A stretch of 64,000 nt of DNA from the human T2T-CHM13v2.0 reference genome, Homo sapiens, in NCBI RefSeq assembly GCF_009914755.1, contig NC_060929.1; one strand, 5' to 3'. The position numbers were made by a program, and so were the translations under genes. Under the pieces are notes generated by a model. That model did not search any database. It had not been told where the DNA came from and saw nothing but the letters and a program-made list of their open reading frames with translations. This document shows, in pieces, positions 25,712 through 40,472 of the stretch (positions within the stretch are counted from its first letter, which is position 1; the number at the start of each line of letters is the position of its first letter).

Positions 25712-27341
25712 CTTGTTAGAGGCCTTATATCCCCAGCCATAGCACTTGCACACTCAGTTGTAATGACCTATTTCTGAGCATGTGTACACACACAGATATT
25801 CCTACTTCTCAAGGTTTCTTAAGGCCAAGGATTACATCTTATGAATAATCACTGCTTTCCCCACCCCAGCAGTTTCTAGGTCACAGCTGATGGTCAGGAC
25901 ACATTGATTGGGTGAATGAATGAAGATTCATGAAGCAGAGTTTGTAACTGCTATGTACTGTTGGGACTTCATAATTTTATGAAAATGAGATCAGGATTGG
26001 ATTCCTCAGATATCTGCACAGTGGCTTTTCTTTGTTTCTTTCCTTTTCTTTTCATGTCCAGCTGTTGCATTAGAACACCCTTATTAAATGAACCTGTTCC
26101 ATCTAGGTTTTGGGCCCAGTTATAGTCCTTGATAAACATAGCAATAGTTGGATAAAAGAAGAATACATATTTTCCTTTCACTGGTATATAAAACCTAGAA
26201 TGCAGAACATTTGTGTTGGCTCTGGGTGCTAAGAAAGTTGATCATGCTGCCTATTGGAAACATAAGATTTCTAAGGGTTATAGGTGGGGAGCAGGGTATC
26301 CTGATAATAGTCCTTCCTTTGTTACATGGGTGGTCATGATACTGTGTCAGGAGGTGGGTGGGACTGCCAGGGAGGTACTTGGGAAGTGACTATGACTTTG
26401 GCTTATTTGTATACTCTGCCTATTTGGGTTAGGATTTAGCTGGGGCACTGTTTGGCTTAACATGGTGGGACACCATGAGGGACACATAGGTCAATATAAT
26501 CTCCCAAGATTCTACTTACCAAATGGTTTCTGATTTTATTGCCATTGCCCTAGGGCTTAGTCATACGTGGCTACAAGAAGAGTAGGTCTGGTGGCTGAAA
26601 AGCAAATCAGTGTTGTGCTTTTGCAGTGGATTCTGTCTGTCCAGAAAAGGCACACTATTTAATTTCTCATCTTGGAAATTTTCTTCCTATGTTCCCATCA
26701 TTTTCTTCCTATGTTCCTTTGATTATTGTGAGCCATGTTTGCAGATAGCAGTGACCTACTTTGCTACATTTTTGTAAATCACATTTATTATCAACCTTGA
26801 TAGGGGGCCAGACGTACTCAAACATTACACTGGTTAAAATCACATGTGCTTTCAGACGCCTATGGGGCAAACTGTGGCACATTTAAAAATTCTTGAGCAA
26901 AGTCTGGATAAATGAAATGATAAATCCCCCCTGCTGTTATAGAAATGCAATGATTTATATTAATAGTCTGCCTTAATGCAGAGTCCTCTTGAATGAGTTC
27001 TATCTTTTTATTTATATCCTCCTTCCTTGTACTCTAGCAGCTTGTCCCAAATATCCATTAGGTGACCTCAAGGCTAGGGAACATGGATCTCTTTTTTATC
27101 GATGAAAAAATTCAAAATGTGTTGACAATGAGGGATTAGATGGAGAAAATGGAGTTAAAAAGGAGAGGGAAAATGACAGAGAACTATAAGAAAGAGCCCT
27201 TTCAGCTGGACACCTTCTAGGTCCCTTTAAACTTGCTGTCACGTCTCATGACATTTCTGCAACAAATCTCACTAGAAACTAGCATTGTGGTCTCTTCTTT
27301 GCTGTGTGTGGGTAATTTAAAAGGGCCAGGAAGATCATGAA

Positions 27342-27383
27342 AGCCTAGCCTCATTCCCATTAGCCTAGCCTCATTCCCATTAG
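27342..27383. repeat. Perfect 20-bp tandem duplication (AGCCTAGCCTCATTCCCATT)x2
   Basis: Directly visible. Confidence 0.95.
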
Positions 27384-28019
27384 AGGACAGGAGGAGAGTA
27401 GGAAGGAGCTGGAGTAGAAACAGAGCTGTCTAGATCCAAGAACACTGAGCCTGGTTTTGCCATCAGTGAGGACCCGCCCTTTGCATACATATTCTCTGGG
27501 GCCCTCTCCTGTGACTGCCAACTGGCAGTGCTTATTGTCTTCCCTCGAGTGTCTTTAGAGCCTGTCCCCTTTCATCCCAACAGAAGATGGTCTCTGAGTC
27601 CTGGCCAGCCCTGCAGGCTCTTATCTGGCTCCCAGCTCGTGCTCAACCGGTCCCCACTCAGGAGAGCTCTGTGATGGGTTAAAATGAGGACTCTCCCTCA
27701 GAGGTGTTTGCATTTTAATAAGAGACACTTAAAATCTAATTCTTACTATTATATTACAAACATTATTATTGTAAATATTACTAAGTATAACATATACACA
27801 GCTCAGAGCCCAAATTTTAAGTGTACAGCTTGAATTTTTGCAAAGTAAAACCACAATCTACATCAAGATTAGTATGTTAGCAGCACCCTAGATGCCTTCC
27901 TTGTGCCATGTCTGGATCGCCTGGCCTGTTGCCAAAGGTGACTACTATTTTGATTCCTATAATCGCAGATTAGTTTTACCAGTGTGTGAACTTTATAGCA
28001 CTGGAATCACAAATATATA

Positions 28020-28452
28020 CAGTTGACCCTTGAATAGCTCAGGGGTTAGGGACAGTGACCCTCTACACAGTTGAAAATCCATTTATAACTTTTGACTTTC
28101 CGAAAACTTTACCAATAGCCTACTATTTGTCCGAAGTCTTACTGATAACACAAGCAGCCAATAAACATATTTTTGTATATATATATTATATACTGTATTC
28201 TTACAATAAAGTAATCTAGAGAAAAGAAATTGTGATTAAGAAATCAAAGAAGAGAAAATATAGTTACTATTTTCATTAGGAGGAAGAGTATCATCATAAA
28301 GGTCTTCATCCTTGTCATCTTCACATTGAGCAGGTTGAGAAGGAGGAGGAGGAGGGGTTGGCCTTGCTGTCTGATGGGTGGCAGAGGCTGAAGAGAGTCT
28401 GAGTCTAAGTGGACCTGTGCAATTCAAGCCTGTGTTGTTCAAGGCTCAACTG
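28020..28452 (-). mobile_element. Tigger2a (MER28)
   Basis: TIRs CAGTTGACCCTTGAA / TTCAAGGCTCAACTG; reverse-orientation homolog of 14185-14612. Confidence 0.9.
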
Positions 28453-28590
28453 TGCTTTTTTGGATCTTTTTTTTTTTTTTTTTCGCTCAAACTGATGTCT
28501 GTTAGAGAGTTATCAAGGTTGTTGCTAGCAGCTGTATTTGCTCTTTTTATTGCTGTATAATATTCCATTTTGGGAAAACTTCATAATTTA

Positions 28591-28904
28591 CAGACAGTCC
28601 CCGACCTCAGATGGTTTGGCTTAATGGTTTTTCCACTTTATGACAGCATGAAAGCAATGTGCGTTCAGTAGAAACCATACTTTGGGTACCCATACAACTA
28701 TTCTGTTTTTTGCTTTCAGTACAGTATTCAATAAATTACATAAGTTATTCAATGTTATTGTAAAATAGGTTTTGTGTTAGGTAGGGGCTAGGCTAAGCTA
28801 CAGTGTTCAGTAAGGGTAAGTGTATTAAATGCATTTTTGACTGCAATATTTTCAACTTACGATGGTTTAATTGGGACATAGCATTGAAAGTCGAGGAACA
28901 TCCA
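28591..28904 (-). mobile_element. MER47A (TcMar-Tigger)
   Basis: cagacagtccccgac...aagtcgaggaacatc termini, TA flanks; internal ggctaggctaagcta. Confidence 0.85.
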
Positions 28905-28946
28905 TATTTATCCATTCTATTGTTGATGAACATTTAAATTGATTTG

Positions 28947-29253
<307 letters not shown>

Positions 29254-29742
29254 TTAAACGTGTTCTCTGATGCATGTAGGAGCAGGATTGCTAGGTCATA
29301 GAGTGAACATATATTCAATTGGGTAAATATGGACAAGTTCCAGAGTGGTTCTACCAAGTTACATTCCTACCAGCAGTGTATGAGTCCTAATAACTACATA
29401 CCTCATCGCCAGTATGTGGCATTGTGGTTTTTTTTTTTTTTTTTTTTTTTTTTAGTTTTAGCTATTCCAGTGGGAAGGTAGTAGTGTTTCGTTTGGTTTT
29501 AACTCACATTTTCATGGCAACTAGTGCTATTGAGCATCTTTTCATAGACTTATTGGCCTTTTGTTTATTCTCTTTTGTGTAGTGCTTGTTTAATTTGGAA
29601 TAGATTTCAACAGATGGCCTACTTATCTGTATATCCATGTACATCACATATATATGTGTGTATATAGCTATATCTAGATGATATATAGTCAGATATACAT
29701 AAATTTCTGGTAAAAATGTAATTGAGATAATTAGTATATACT

Positions 29743-30031
29743 TGTAATTGATTGAAAATTGGCCCTAATTGTCCACCTTTCCCTGTAACCACAACTTTTG
29801 CAATATAATTTGAAACTCCTCCCATCAAAAGTCAGTGTTAGTTCCCTCCAATCTTTGCTGATCTTTGACTTGTTTTGGCTAATTAAGATGCATTGGAAGT
29901 GACTGTGTGCCAGTTCTAAGGCCGGGCCTCAAGAGGCCTTGTGTACTTCCTGCTGCTGCTGCCATGGTGACAGGCTGAGGCTAGCCTGTTGGAGACTGAG
30001 GAGTGCTGGGGCACCCAGCCGATAGCCAGCA
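29743..30031 (+). mobile_element. MLT1F-like LTR fragment
   Basis: ctcctcccatcaaaag...gaagtgactgtgtgccagttctaag...cccagccgatagccagca. Confidence 0.6.
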
Positions 30032-30318
30032 CATTCTTACTAAAGAAGAAACATTAACATTTGGTAAATGAACATGGTATCATATTTTAATCTGTATTCC
30101 TTTGATTACTAGGAAGATAGAACATTTAAAAATCTATTTAGTGTCCTTTGCTTCTTCATGTCCTTTATACATTTTCCTCTTGGAGAATTCATCTATTTGT
30201 AGAGCTTTTTAGGTAAAAAGAATATTAACTCTTTATATTGTGTACAGAAAAAATGTTCTCTAGCTTTTTATTTCCTTTTACATTTTATTTATCAAATTTT
30301 TATATGCAAAATTTTTAA

Positions 30319-30436
30319 TTTTTTTTTTTTCACATCAGTTGGGTAATGTGCCTACATGGTAACAAGCCTTGAAGGAGGCACATTTCACACATGAATGTGA
30401 AAATCCAGTTATCATGCTTACCAACCACAAAAGGAT
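30319..30436 (-). pseudogene. U13 (SNORD13) snoRNA processed pseudogene
   Basis: Reverse complement ATCCTTTTGTGGTTGGTAAGCATGATAACTGG...CTTGTTACCATGTAGGCACATTACCCAACTGA aligns end to end with recalled U13; followed by poly(A); degraded TSD attt(t/c)aa(t/c)ttttt. Confidence 0.88.
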
Positions 30437-30654
30437 CATTTCAACTTTTTATGTTGTTAAATGTATTAACATTTTTCTTTATAAGTCTTTTTTTTTGGTG
30501 CAATGATAAGAAAAATAGTTCCCTCTCCAAAGTTATATAGTTATTTACCCATCATCACCTATTAGGAAACACAAGTATTCAAAGGAATAAATCTCTACTT
30601 GCACAACATGGAAATTGATGGGCAATTCAAGAAGATAATGTGGGCATGAAGCCA

Positions 30655-31170
30655 GTATTAATTAGGATGCTTTCATATGCCAGTGACAGAAACTCTGCCT
30701 CAAATTAGTTAAAAATAATGACATTCTTTATTTTACATAAGAAATTCAGAAGTGTGACAGCTTCCAAAATTGGTTAAGTCAGCAGCTCAACAGTTTTTTC
30801 CACAAACATGTTTGTTTTGTTTTTTTCTTTCTATCACAATGCCATCCTTGTGCTGTTGCCTTTGTCTTTAGGTGGTTCTTTTCACCGTCACACTGTGGCT
30901 GCCAGTGGTCAAAGGGCAGCAGGCTTCCTTGTCCTATCCAGGAAAAAGTGAAGTGTTTCTCCCAGTCATGGAATGTATGCTCCTCCCTTAAGTATAACCG
31001 GGTCATCTAAGGTCATGGACTCACCCTTAGACCAATAATTAGAGAATACTAATTAAGAATCATCTTAGATCAATCAGGATTCCCTTTGGGAATGAAAATT
31101 AGATGACTAAATATCTAACAGAATTGAGGTTTGGACAGGAAGGAGAAAAGGGAGAACAGATGTTGGACAG
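30655..31170 (-). mobile_element. Old MLT1K/L-like LTR
   Basis: ttaggatgcttt...agtgacagaaac...caaattagttaaa motif. Confidence 0.5.
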
Positions 31171-31264
31171 GTCACTGAGAGTGTTTGCTCCAGGTCCTTC
31201 TGTACATCCTTCAAATTGGGTGCCATTTCCCAATTTGTAGTCTTAAAAAATGTAGCCATTTCCC

Positions 31265-31460
31265 ACATAGTCTAAAACAATTATGGGTTTTGGATTCAGC
31301 TGCCCCCTGGTATGAATTCAGGCTCTGCCATTTATCATCTGTGGCACGTGATGTAAGTTATTCAATCTCTTTACATTTGTTTCCCCACCTGTAAAATGGA
31401 AATAATATCTATTTTGTCTGGCACATAGTAGATCTTCAATAAATTATTATTTTTTATTAT
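31265..31460 (+). mobile_element. MIR
   Basis: ggctctgccattta...cacctgtaaaatggaaataat...tggcacatagta. Confidence 0.7.
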
Positions 31461-31932
31461 TATGGCCATTCATAAATCAGCTCATAGTTCCAGTTTCCAT
31501 AGCTGTTTTTTGTCTTATGACATTTAAGTCAATTCGTGGTTATGATGCTATATTCTATCTGCTTTGAGGCCAGTTTTAAACACTGAGCTGGCTTTTCTTC
31601 GCAACCGTATTTTCACTTGCCCTCCCACTGTCCTTCTATTTCTCTTGAACTTCTATGGGCTTGGGTGTTTCCTGCATTTTATACATGAATGGCATTGATT
31701 TTTTTTTTCCAGTGAATCATCTCTGACTTACAGTTCTGAGGGTTAACATATACAAAAAATGATTCTATGGTGAAGTTACCGACTCTCTAACATATTTAAA
31801 TCATCTTTTGGTGTAATAATAAAAACCAGCTCCCTTTTCCCATTTGAAATTACATACGTAAGCCGAGTTCTTTAATTTATATCACCTCATGCTTTTCATG
31901 TGAAGCTGAGTTTCTTTGAAGCATCACCTGTT

Positions 31933-31962
31933 TGTGCGTGTGTGTGTGTGTGTGCGTGCGTG
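31933..31962. repeat. (TG)n/(TGCG)n microsatellite
   Basis: Alternating purine-pyrimidine tract. Confidence 0.85.
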
Positions 31963-32429
31963 CTTTCGCCTAGTGTGACACAAGGCAATCTGTCATTCTG
32001 GCAGTGAAGAATGAGTCTCATAGATAGCAGGATGGAGAAGCAGAAAGTCTCCTTGTGCTGGCATTCTGGGCTGATGACCTGGGGCCCTTTCACACGTCAT
32101 AGCAGTCAGCACTAACACTCGGGTCATGACCAAATGAAGTGTCTGCAGCTGGCAGCCGTGATGAGCTGGTCTGGAGCTGAGGCATACCTTTGTTTTTCCT
32201 TCCAATGATGGGAGTGACTGCTTCCCGCTTTAACAAAACAATACGTGAGCCATCTGGGCCTCCTTCACATATCCTGAAACACACCACACCCACTGGTCTA
32301 TGTGGCGATTGTTACCTTTGCAGAAAAGCAACGTGCCCCTCACCAATATTTTCAGAGGCAATTGGATCTTTCTCCCCTCACTGTGTTTTCTGTTTCTTCC
32401 TCAAGGGAGGTATCCCATTAGGCCATAAG

Positions 32430-32670
32430 ATTGGAAGGCAGTATAGACTAATGATTAAGCCTACAGGCTTAAACCGGCCTGCCCATGTTACTAGCTATAT
32501 GGCCTTGTGCAAGTTAGTTAACATGTCTGAGCTTCAGTTTTCCCATCTGCATAAAAAAGAGAACAGTACCCACCACAGAGTGGTGTTGAGAAAATGGCTT
32601 AGGGGATCCTGTACATTGTTTAGCATGGCTCCTGGCATGTAAATACCAGGTAAATACTCCACAGGTGGGA
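32430..32670 (+). mobile_element. MIR
   Basis: tgtgcaagttagttaacatgtctgagcttcagttttcccatctgcataa core. Confidence 0.7.
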
Positions 32671-33812
32671 GTGTGGATAAGAGTTGGTTTTTTTTTTTTT
32701 TTTTTTCCCTGCCATCGGGGAAATTTATGGAAGATTTACACCTGCTTACTCACTTGGGAATTCTTTTACTGCATTTTGCTCTATTTTTAAGTTGATTTTT
32801 GTTCAAACATCCAACTCTGAATACTGTGTTTTGGAGACCAGTCAACATTACTCCATTACTCTGCAGGACGGCATTGATCCTTTCAAAGGTGTTATGAAGA
32901 AGCACATCTTCATTGCTTAATAGAGAAAAACAGCCTACCTATTTAGCGAAAAGCCTTATTGTTTATAACTTCCATTTTCCACTCTTGCTTTGTCTTTTAG
33001 AGGAAAAGCTAACCTTTTGATTTTGTATCCTGCAGAGTTTTACGAGATCCTATGTGCTAGGTCATCTCTGTAGCAGAAAAAGGGCTTAGAGACAAGTCTG
33101 GGCAGTGAGTGGGAGGGAAATAGTTGTTCTTCTTTGAGTCTCACTGGACCATGGAAGCCAAGTGTGTATTGGAGGAGGCTGGTTGGCATAATCAAATGGT
33201 GTTGACGATCCAGACATAGCCCCCTTGGCCACCACCAGGCAATGTAACTAGGTTTGCCATGTGGCCTGCATAATGGATCTCATCATGTGGGCACTGAGAT
33301 AAAATTAACTGGTGGAAATCATGCTTGTTTTGTCTCTAAAATGTCCAGAAGGCCTTCAGTTTGGCTGCCTTTTATTTTGCTTGAGCAATAGCTTTGCAGA
33401 CAGCACATTTCTGAGAGGGCCTGACAAAAGGGGAGAACCTAAGCCAGGGGGAACTCTCCAGCCTGGTGCTGTGGGGTCTGCATCCAGAATGGGGTCCAGC
33501 CCTCTGCCTCTCTGTGTGCGCGGGAGGATGTGGCTCAGCAGTGCTGTTGAGCCCCTCACAGGCTGCAGGAATGCATCTAAGAAGAGAAAGTGTTTCCTGC
33601 TACATGTCACCCACAGTCTGTGGCCGTGGAGATCTCTCTGTCACGGTCAGGATCTCCTTCCTCCTCCCTCCTAACCCCAAGGCCTGACCACCAAGACGCC
33701 ACTGTCATGTCTCAGCACCACAGGCCCAGGACTTGAGCGGGAGCTCATGGAAGGCTTTGTGCTTGGGGGAAGCATCTCAAAGTGCTGGACTAAAGGCTCT
33801 GGACATCTAGAT

Positions 33813-34140
33813 CAGTGTTCTCTGACTGTCGCGTGCATGGGAGCCACCGGGGTGCTTGTTGGTGCAGGTTCTGCTTCAGGAGGTCTGGGTTAAAGTCCAA
33901 GATGCTGCATTTCTAACATGCCCCAGGCCATGCTGATGCTGCTGGTTCTGGGACTACAGGTTGAGAAAGGAGGGTCTAGAGCAGGTCTCAGAGCGAGGAC
34001 CACCCATCAGCAGCAGCCGCACCCCCTGGGGCCTGACCCTAGATGTGCTGAAACTGCAACTCAAGGGTGAGGGTCTGCAGTCTGTGTTTCAGCAAGCTCT
34101 CCAGGCGATTCTGGTATTTGCTCAAGTTTGAGAACCCCTG
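33813..34140. mobile_element. Two adjacent MER5A (hAT-Charlie) copies in opposite orientation
   Basis: MER5A motifs (tgcatttctaac...gctgatgctgctgg; ctgtgtttcagcaagctctccagg...agtttgagaacc); TCTAGA-type target sites at ~33806, ~33975 and ~34142. Confidence 0.7.
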
Positions 34141-34421
34141 GTCTGGGTACAGGACTACTCAACCATTCTGGCATAACCAATGTGCTTTTTCTCAGAAATG
34201 ACAGAGGGAAACTTAGAATATTAAAGTCTTTATGTTTGAAGGTAAAGTTCCTGGACCAGATCACAGTGTAACAAATCTTTACATCAGCTGTCCACATCTG
34301 GCTATTTTCATTTGGCTAACAATTCTGAAGAAAGGCAAACAACAACAACAACAACAACAAATCACAAAGGAAGTCCACGCTCTCCTTTTAAAATTCACAT
34401 AGTACTGAATGTTATAATTGA

Positions 34422-34877
<456 letters not shown>

Positions 34878-34899
34878 TAAATACAAAAATTACATTGCT

Positions 34900-35233
<334 letters not shown>

Positions 35234-35262
35234 CTAATATAAAGCCCTTAATAATCTCCTCA

Positions 35263-36363
<1,101 letters not shown>

Positions 36364-37519
36364 TCATCTTCTTGCACAGGTATGTGGACATTTCTGAAAA
36401 CCTTAAGACCATAGGGCAGCTAGCTCTGTGATCACCTTGTGTTGGTGTAGGGGCGCCCTGGCACGGCTCTTTCCCACAGTGAGCTCCTGATGGGCAGGCA
36501 GGGTCCAAGGCTCCCTGCTGTAGCTGGGCTGCAATCTGTCCACTTCTTCTCTGGATACTGCTCTAGAGAGGGCAGGTGAGAAAGCACACACCTCACTGCC
36601 TGCTTCTGTTGAAGGTTGTGTAAATGTCTGTCTTTCTTCCCACATTCCATTTGGTTGGAAAGGACAAGTCTTTCTCTCTTCTCCTTATTTAATAGAATCA
36701 GTCTGGGGTCGTATCTTGAGTCCCTTCTATGCTGTGAGAAAACTTGATGATCTGAATTGGTGGACAAGGCTTCCAATACAGGAGCAGTGTCAGTCTGGGG
36801 TCAGTCCCATATGGCAGCAATCGCTCTGGTTAGTTTTAACATACATAGATTTAATACTTTTTGTTGGACAGCCTAGGGGAGGAGGTTCCAGTTCCTTGCA
36901 GAACAGCACTGCAGAATTAGCCCACCAAGGGTGCGGCCACTGCTACTGGGGCCTCGGTAAACCTCTGCCTCAGCTGCAGGACTACACAGCCTCAGCCAGC
37001 AGCCAAGCCAGTAGAAAAGATCACTGTGCTCTGCCAGCCGAAAAGCCACCTCACTGAGGCTTTGCAGATCTTTTGTGGCATGTCTGCTCAGTTGAGTTCT
37101 CAGAGTGTCAGGGAAACAGTCTTGCTTGCCAGCCTCCAGTGCATGCAGCAAGGTGGGCTGGAATGGCAATGCATGAGGTGATCTGCAGTACCTCCCAAGA
37201 TCTGAAGACTGGATAAAACAAGGATGAAAGTACATTGGCTTCATATTCTCCCAATATTGTTATCAGCATAATTCCATAGCCACAATGCCCTTAAGCCTCA
37301 TGTGTTTGAATGCTTCTAGAACTTGGTTTAAAAAAAAAAACTGTTTTACTTCTTTAGAAGTTCATCAGGCATGATATAAAGTGATGTGTCCTTTCATTTG
37401 TCCTTCACAAAGTGCCCAGTACCGACATCTCCAGGCCAGAACTAGGGGCTAAGGGGATGTCAAAATGAAAAAGGAGAGAGCCCTGACTCCAAGTCTAGTG
37501 GGGATCCATAGGAACCGCC

Positions 37520-37775
37520 TAATAATTGTGATCATCACCACTGAGCAACTACTATGTGCAACTTAGTGGCTACATTTCACACATCATCTCATTCATGCCT
37601 CAGACCAGCCCTGCCAGAGAAGGATATTCCTTTGACAGATGAGCAATCTGAATTTCAAAAAGGTGGGGTAAGTTATCCATTGTCACAACCAGCACATGGC
37701 AGGGCTGGAATTTGATCCCAGAACTGGGCAAAATGAAAGTTGATGCTCCTTACTTTCTATCACTGTTTCCTATAA
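37520..37775 (-). mobile_element. MIR
   Basis: ctgagcaactactatgtgc...tttgacagatgagcaatctga. Confidence 0.65.
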
Positions 37776-37836
37776 TTGCTTAAGATTTGGAACACAGCTA
37801 CACATGCAGCCTCATCACATTTTTACAGATTTAAAC

Positions 37837-38049
37837 CAAGTGTCAGCAAATTACGACCCGTGGGGTCAAATCCAGCCAGTCACCTGTGTTTTGTAAATAT
37901 AGTTTTATTGGAACACAGCCATGGCTATTCGTTTAAGTATTGTGTGTCGCTGCTTTTGTGCTACAACCGCAGCATTGAGTGGTTGTTGAACAAATGGCCT
38001 GCAAAGCATGCAATATTTACTATCGAGCTTTTTCCAAAGTTGGTCTTGG
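37837..38049 (+). mobile_element. MER58A (hAT-Charlie)
   Basis: gtcagcaaattacgacccgtggggtcaaatcc...gttttattggaacacagcca. Confidence 0.8.
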
Positions 38050-38954
38050 TTTAAACAATTCCAAGTGGATTCCTTTTTATCCCTTTTCTATCCAATAAGG
38101 GAACAACAAACTCACTATTCAATGATTTAACGTTTCTGATTGCTTCTAGTTTTGTTTTGTAAACTTTCCCAAGTATGTGATGATGTGAGGCAGGGAAGTC
38201 CAGTCGTGTAGAGGGCAGCTCAGCCTTTGATAAATCTGCTCTGAGCACTGCCACTTACTAACTCCATAAGCTTTGAGAAATTGCTTAATCTGCCTAAATT
38301 GATTTGTTCTCATTTATTCACACCTTAATTTAAAAATACTTATTGAATACCTATGTGTGGCAGACACTGTTCTACGTGTTGAAGACATAGCAGTGAACAA
38401 AACAGGTAAAATCCACAACCTCATGGAGTTGTCCTTCCACCAGGTGGAGGCAGACACTCAAAAAAGAAGTAAAAGTTTGTAGTAGAAAGATGACAATAAG
38501 TGTCATGATGAAAAAGAAAGCAAGAAAGGGGGACAGGAAATTTCAGGGCAGGGAGAGGGTGGTTGTGGGGCTGCAGTTTTAAGTAGGGTGGTCAGGGAAG
38601 CCCCAGTGAGAGTGGGATTTTTGATTGAAAACTGGAAGGAGGGAAAAGAGGAAAGTAGTGGAAATATGGAGGAAAGAACATTCCAGGTAGAGGTGTCCAA
38701 AAGAACAAGAGCCTGAGGCAGAAGTGTGTCCGGCACACAGAAGGAACAACGAGCAGGCCAGAGGGCCTGGAACAGGTTAAATGAAGGGGGTCCAGCAGGA
38801 GAGGAGGCCCGAGTGATCAGTGCTGGGGCCATCAAACCAGCATCTGCTAAGTTATTGTAAAGATGTTGGCTTTTACTTTTAATGTGATGGAAAGCCAGTG
38901 GAGAGCCTTTTGAGGAAAGAGGGACTTAACGTGATTTAATTTTAAACGTTTAGT

Positions 38955-39327
<373 letters not shown>

Positions 39328-40170
39328 TGAGGAGAGTGGACAAGAATAGAAGGCGTGACCAGGTAGAAGGCGACTGAAAAATTCAGGTTAGACATTATGG
39401 GGGTTCAGACCAGGGTGGTTGTGGTGAATTGGAAAGATGTGGTTGGATTCTGGCTATATTTTGAAGGTAGATCCAACAGGATTGCATGACAGGCTAGATG
39501 TGGGATGTAAGAAGTATAAAGGTTTTTGGTTCATACCTGTGGAAGAATGAGACAGCAGTTGGGGCAGGTTTTGGGGAAAGATAAAAAGTTTGATTTTGGA
39601 TGTGCTCAGTTTGAGATGGCTGTTAGACAATGGGAATATGAAGTGGACAGTTGGATTTATGAGTTGGGATGCTGGAAATTGACAGTATGGAGGGGTGCTT
39701 TATTGGTAATGAATGGTAAGGGTGTGACCGTGGGAATGAGTGGCTGAGGTAGATCTTAAGGACCTGAAAAAGATCATCCACATGGGTATTAAAATCACCA
39801 AGAATTTTGATACGGGTACCGCTGAAGAAAGTGGCAGTCAGCCAAACTCAAAACTCCTACGGGAATTAGGGCAGTAATGTTGGGTGGGGGGCTCAGTGGA
39901 TGACTGCCATAGAGGGCCACTGGATGGGAACAGTGTGATGACATAGGACATGGAGCCTGGGGGAAGGGGCTTAGGGAAGAAGAGGAATCTAGAAATGGCA
40001 GTGAAGGGCAGAGGACAGCTATCCCATCCCTGACCAGTGGTTGAAGAGGCATGAGAGAGAAAATGTCCAGCACTTAAATCAGCTGCAGGAGAAGCAGCAT
40101 CCTCAGGCTTCAGTTAGAGCAAGAGGTGAAGGAAATGAGCCCAGAGGAGGCTAAGAAGAGAAGTGACTTT

Positions 40171-40472
<302 letters not shown>

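Noticed and set aside
27342-27383. Short direct repeats as a CRISPR-like array
   Set aside because: Only two adjacent units with no spacers; eukaryotic DNA.
14185-28452. Large inverted repeat between 14185-14612 and 28020-28452
   Set aside because: Two independent Tigger2a insertions, each with its own TIRs, not a composite element.
32190-32642. 150-aa ORF
   Set aside because: Second half is MIR; no splice or homology support.
38436-38452. CTCF-like CCACCAGGTGG motif (also ~7847 and ~41058)
   Set aside because: Partial matches only; expected by chance in 64 kb.
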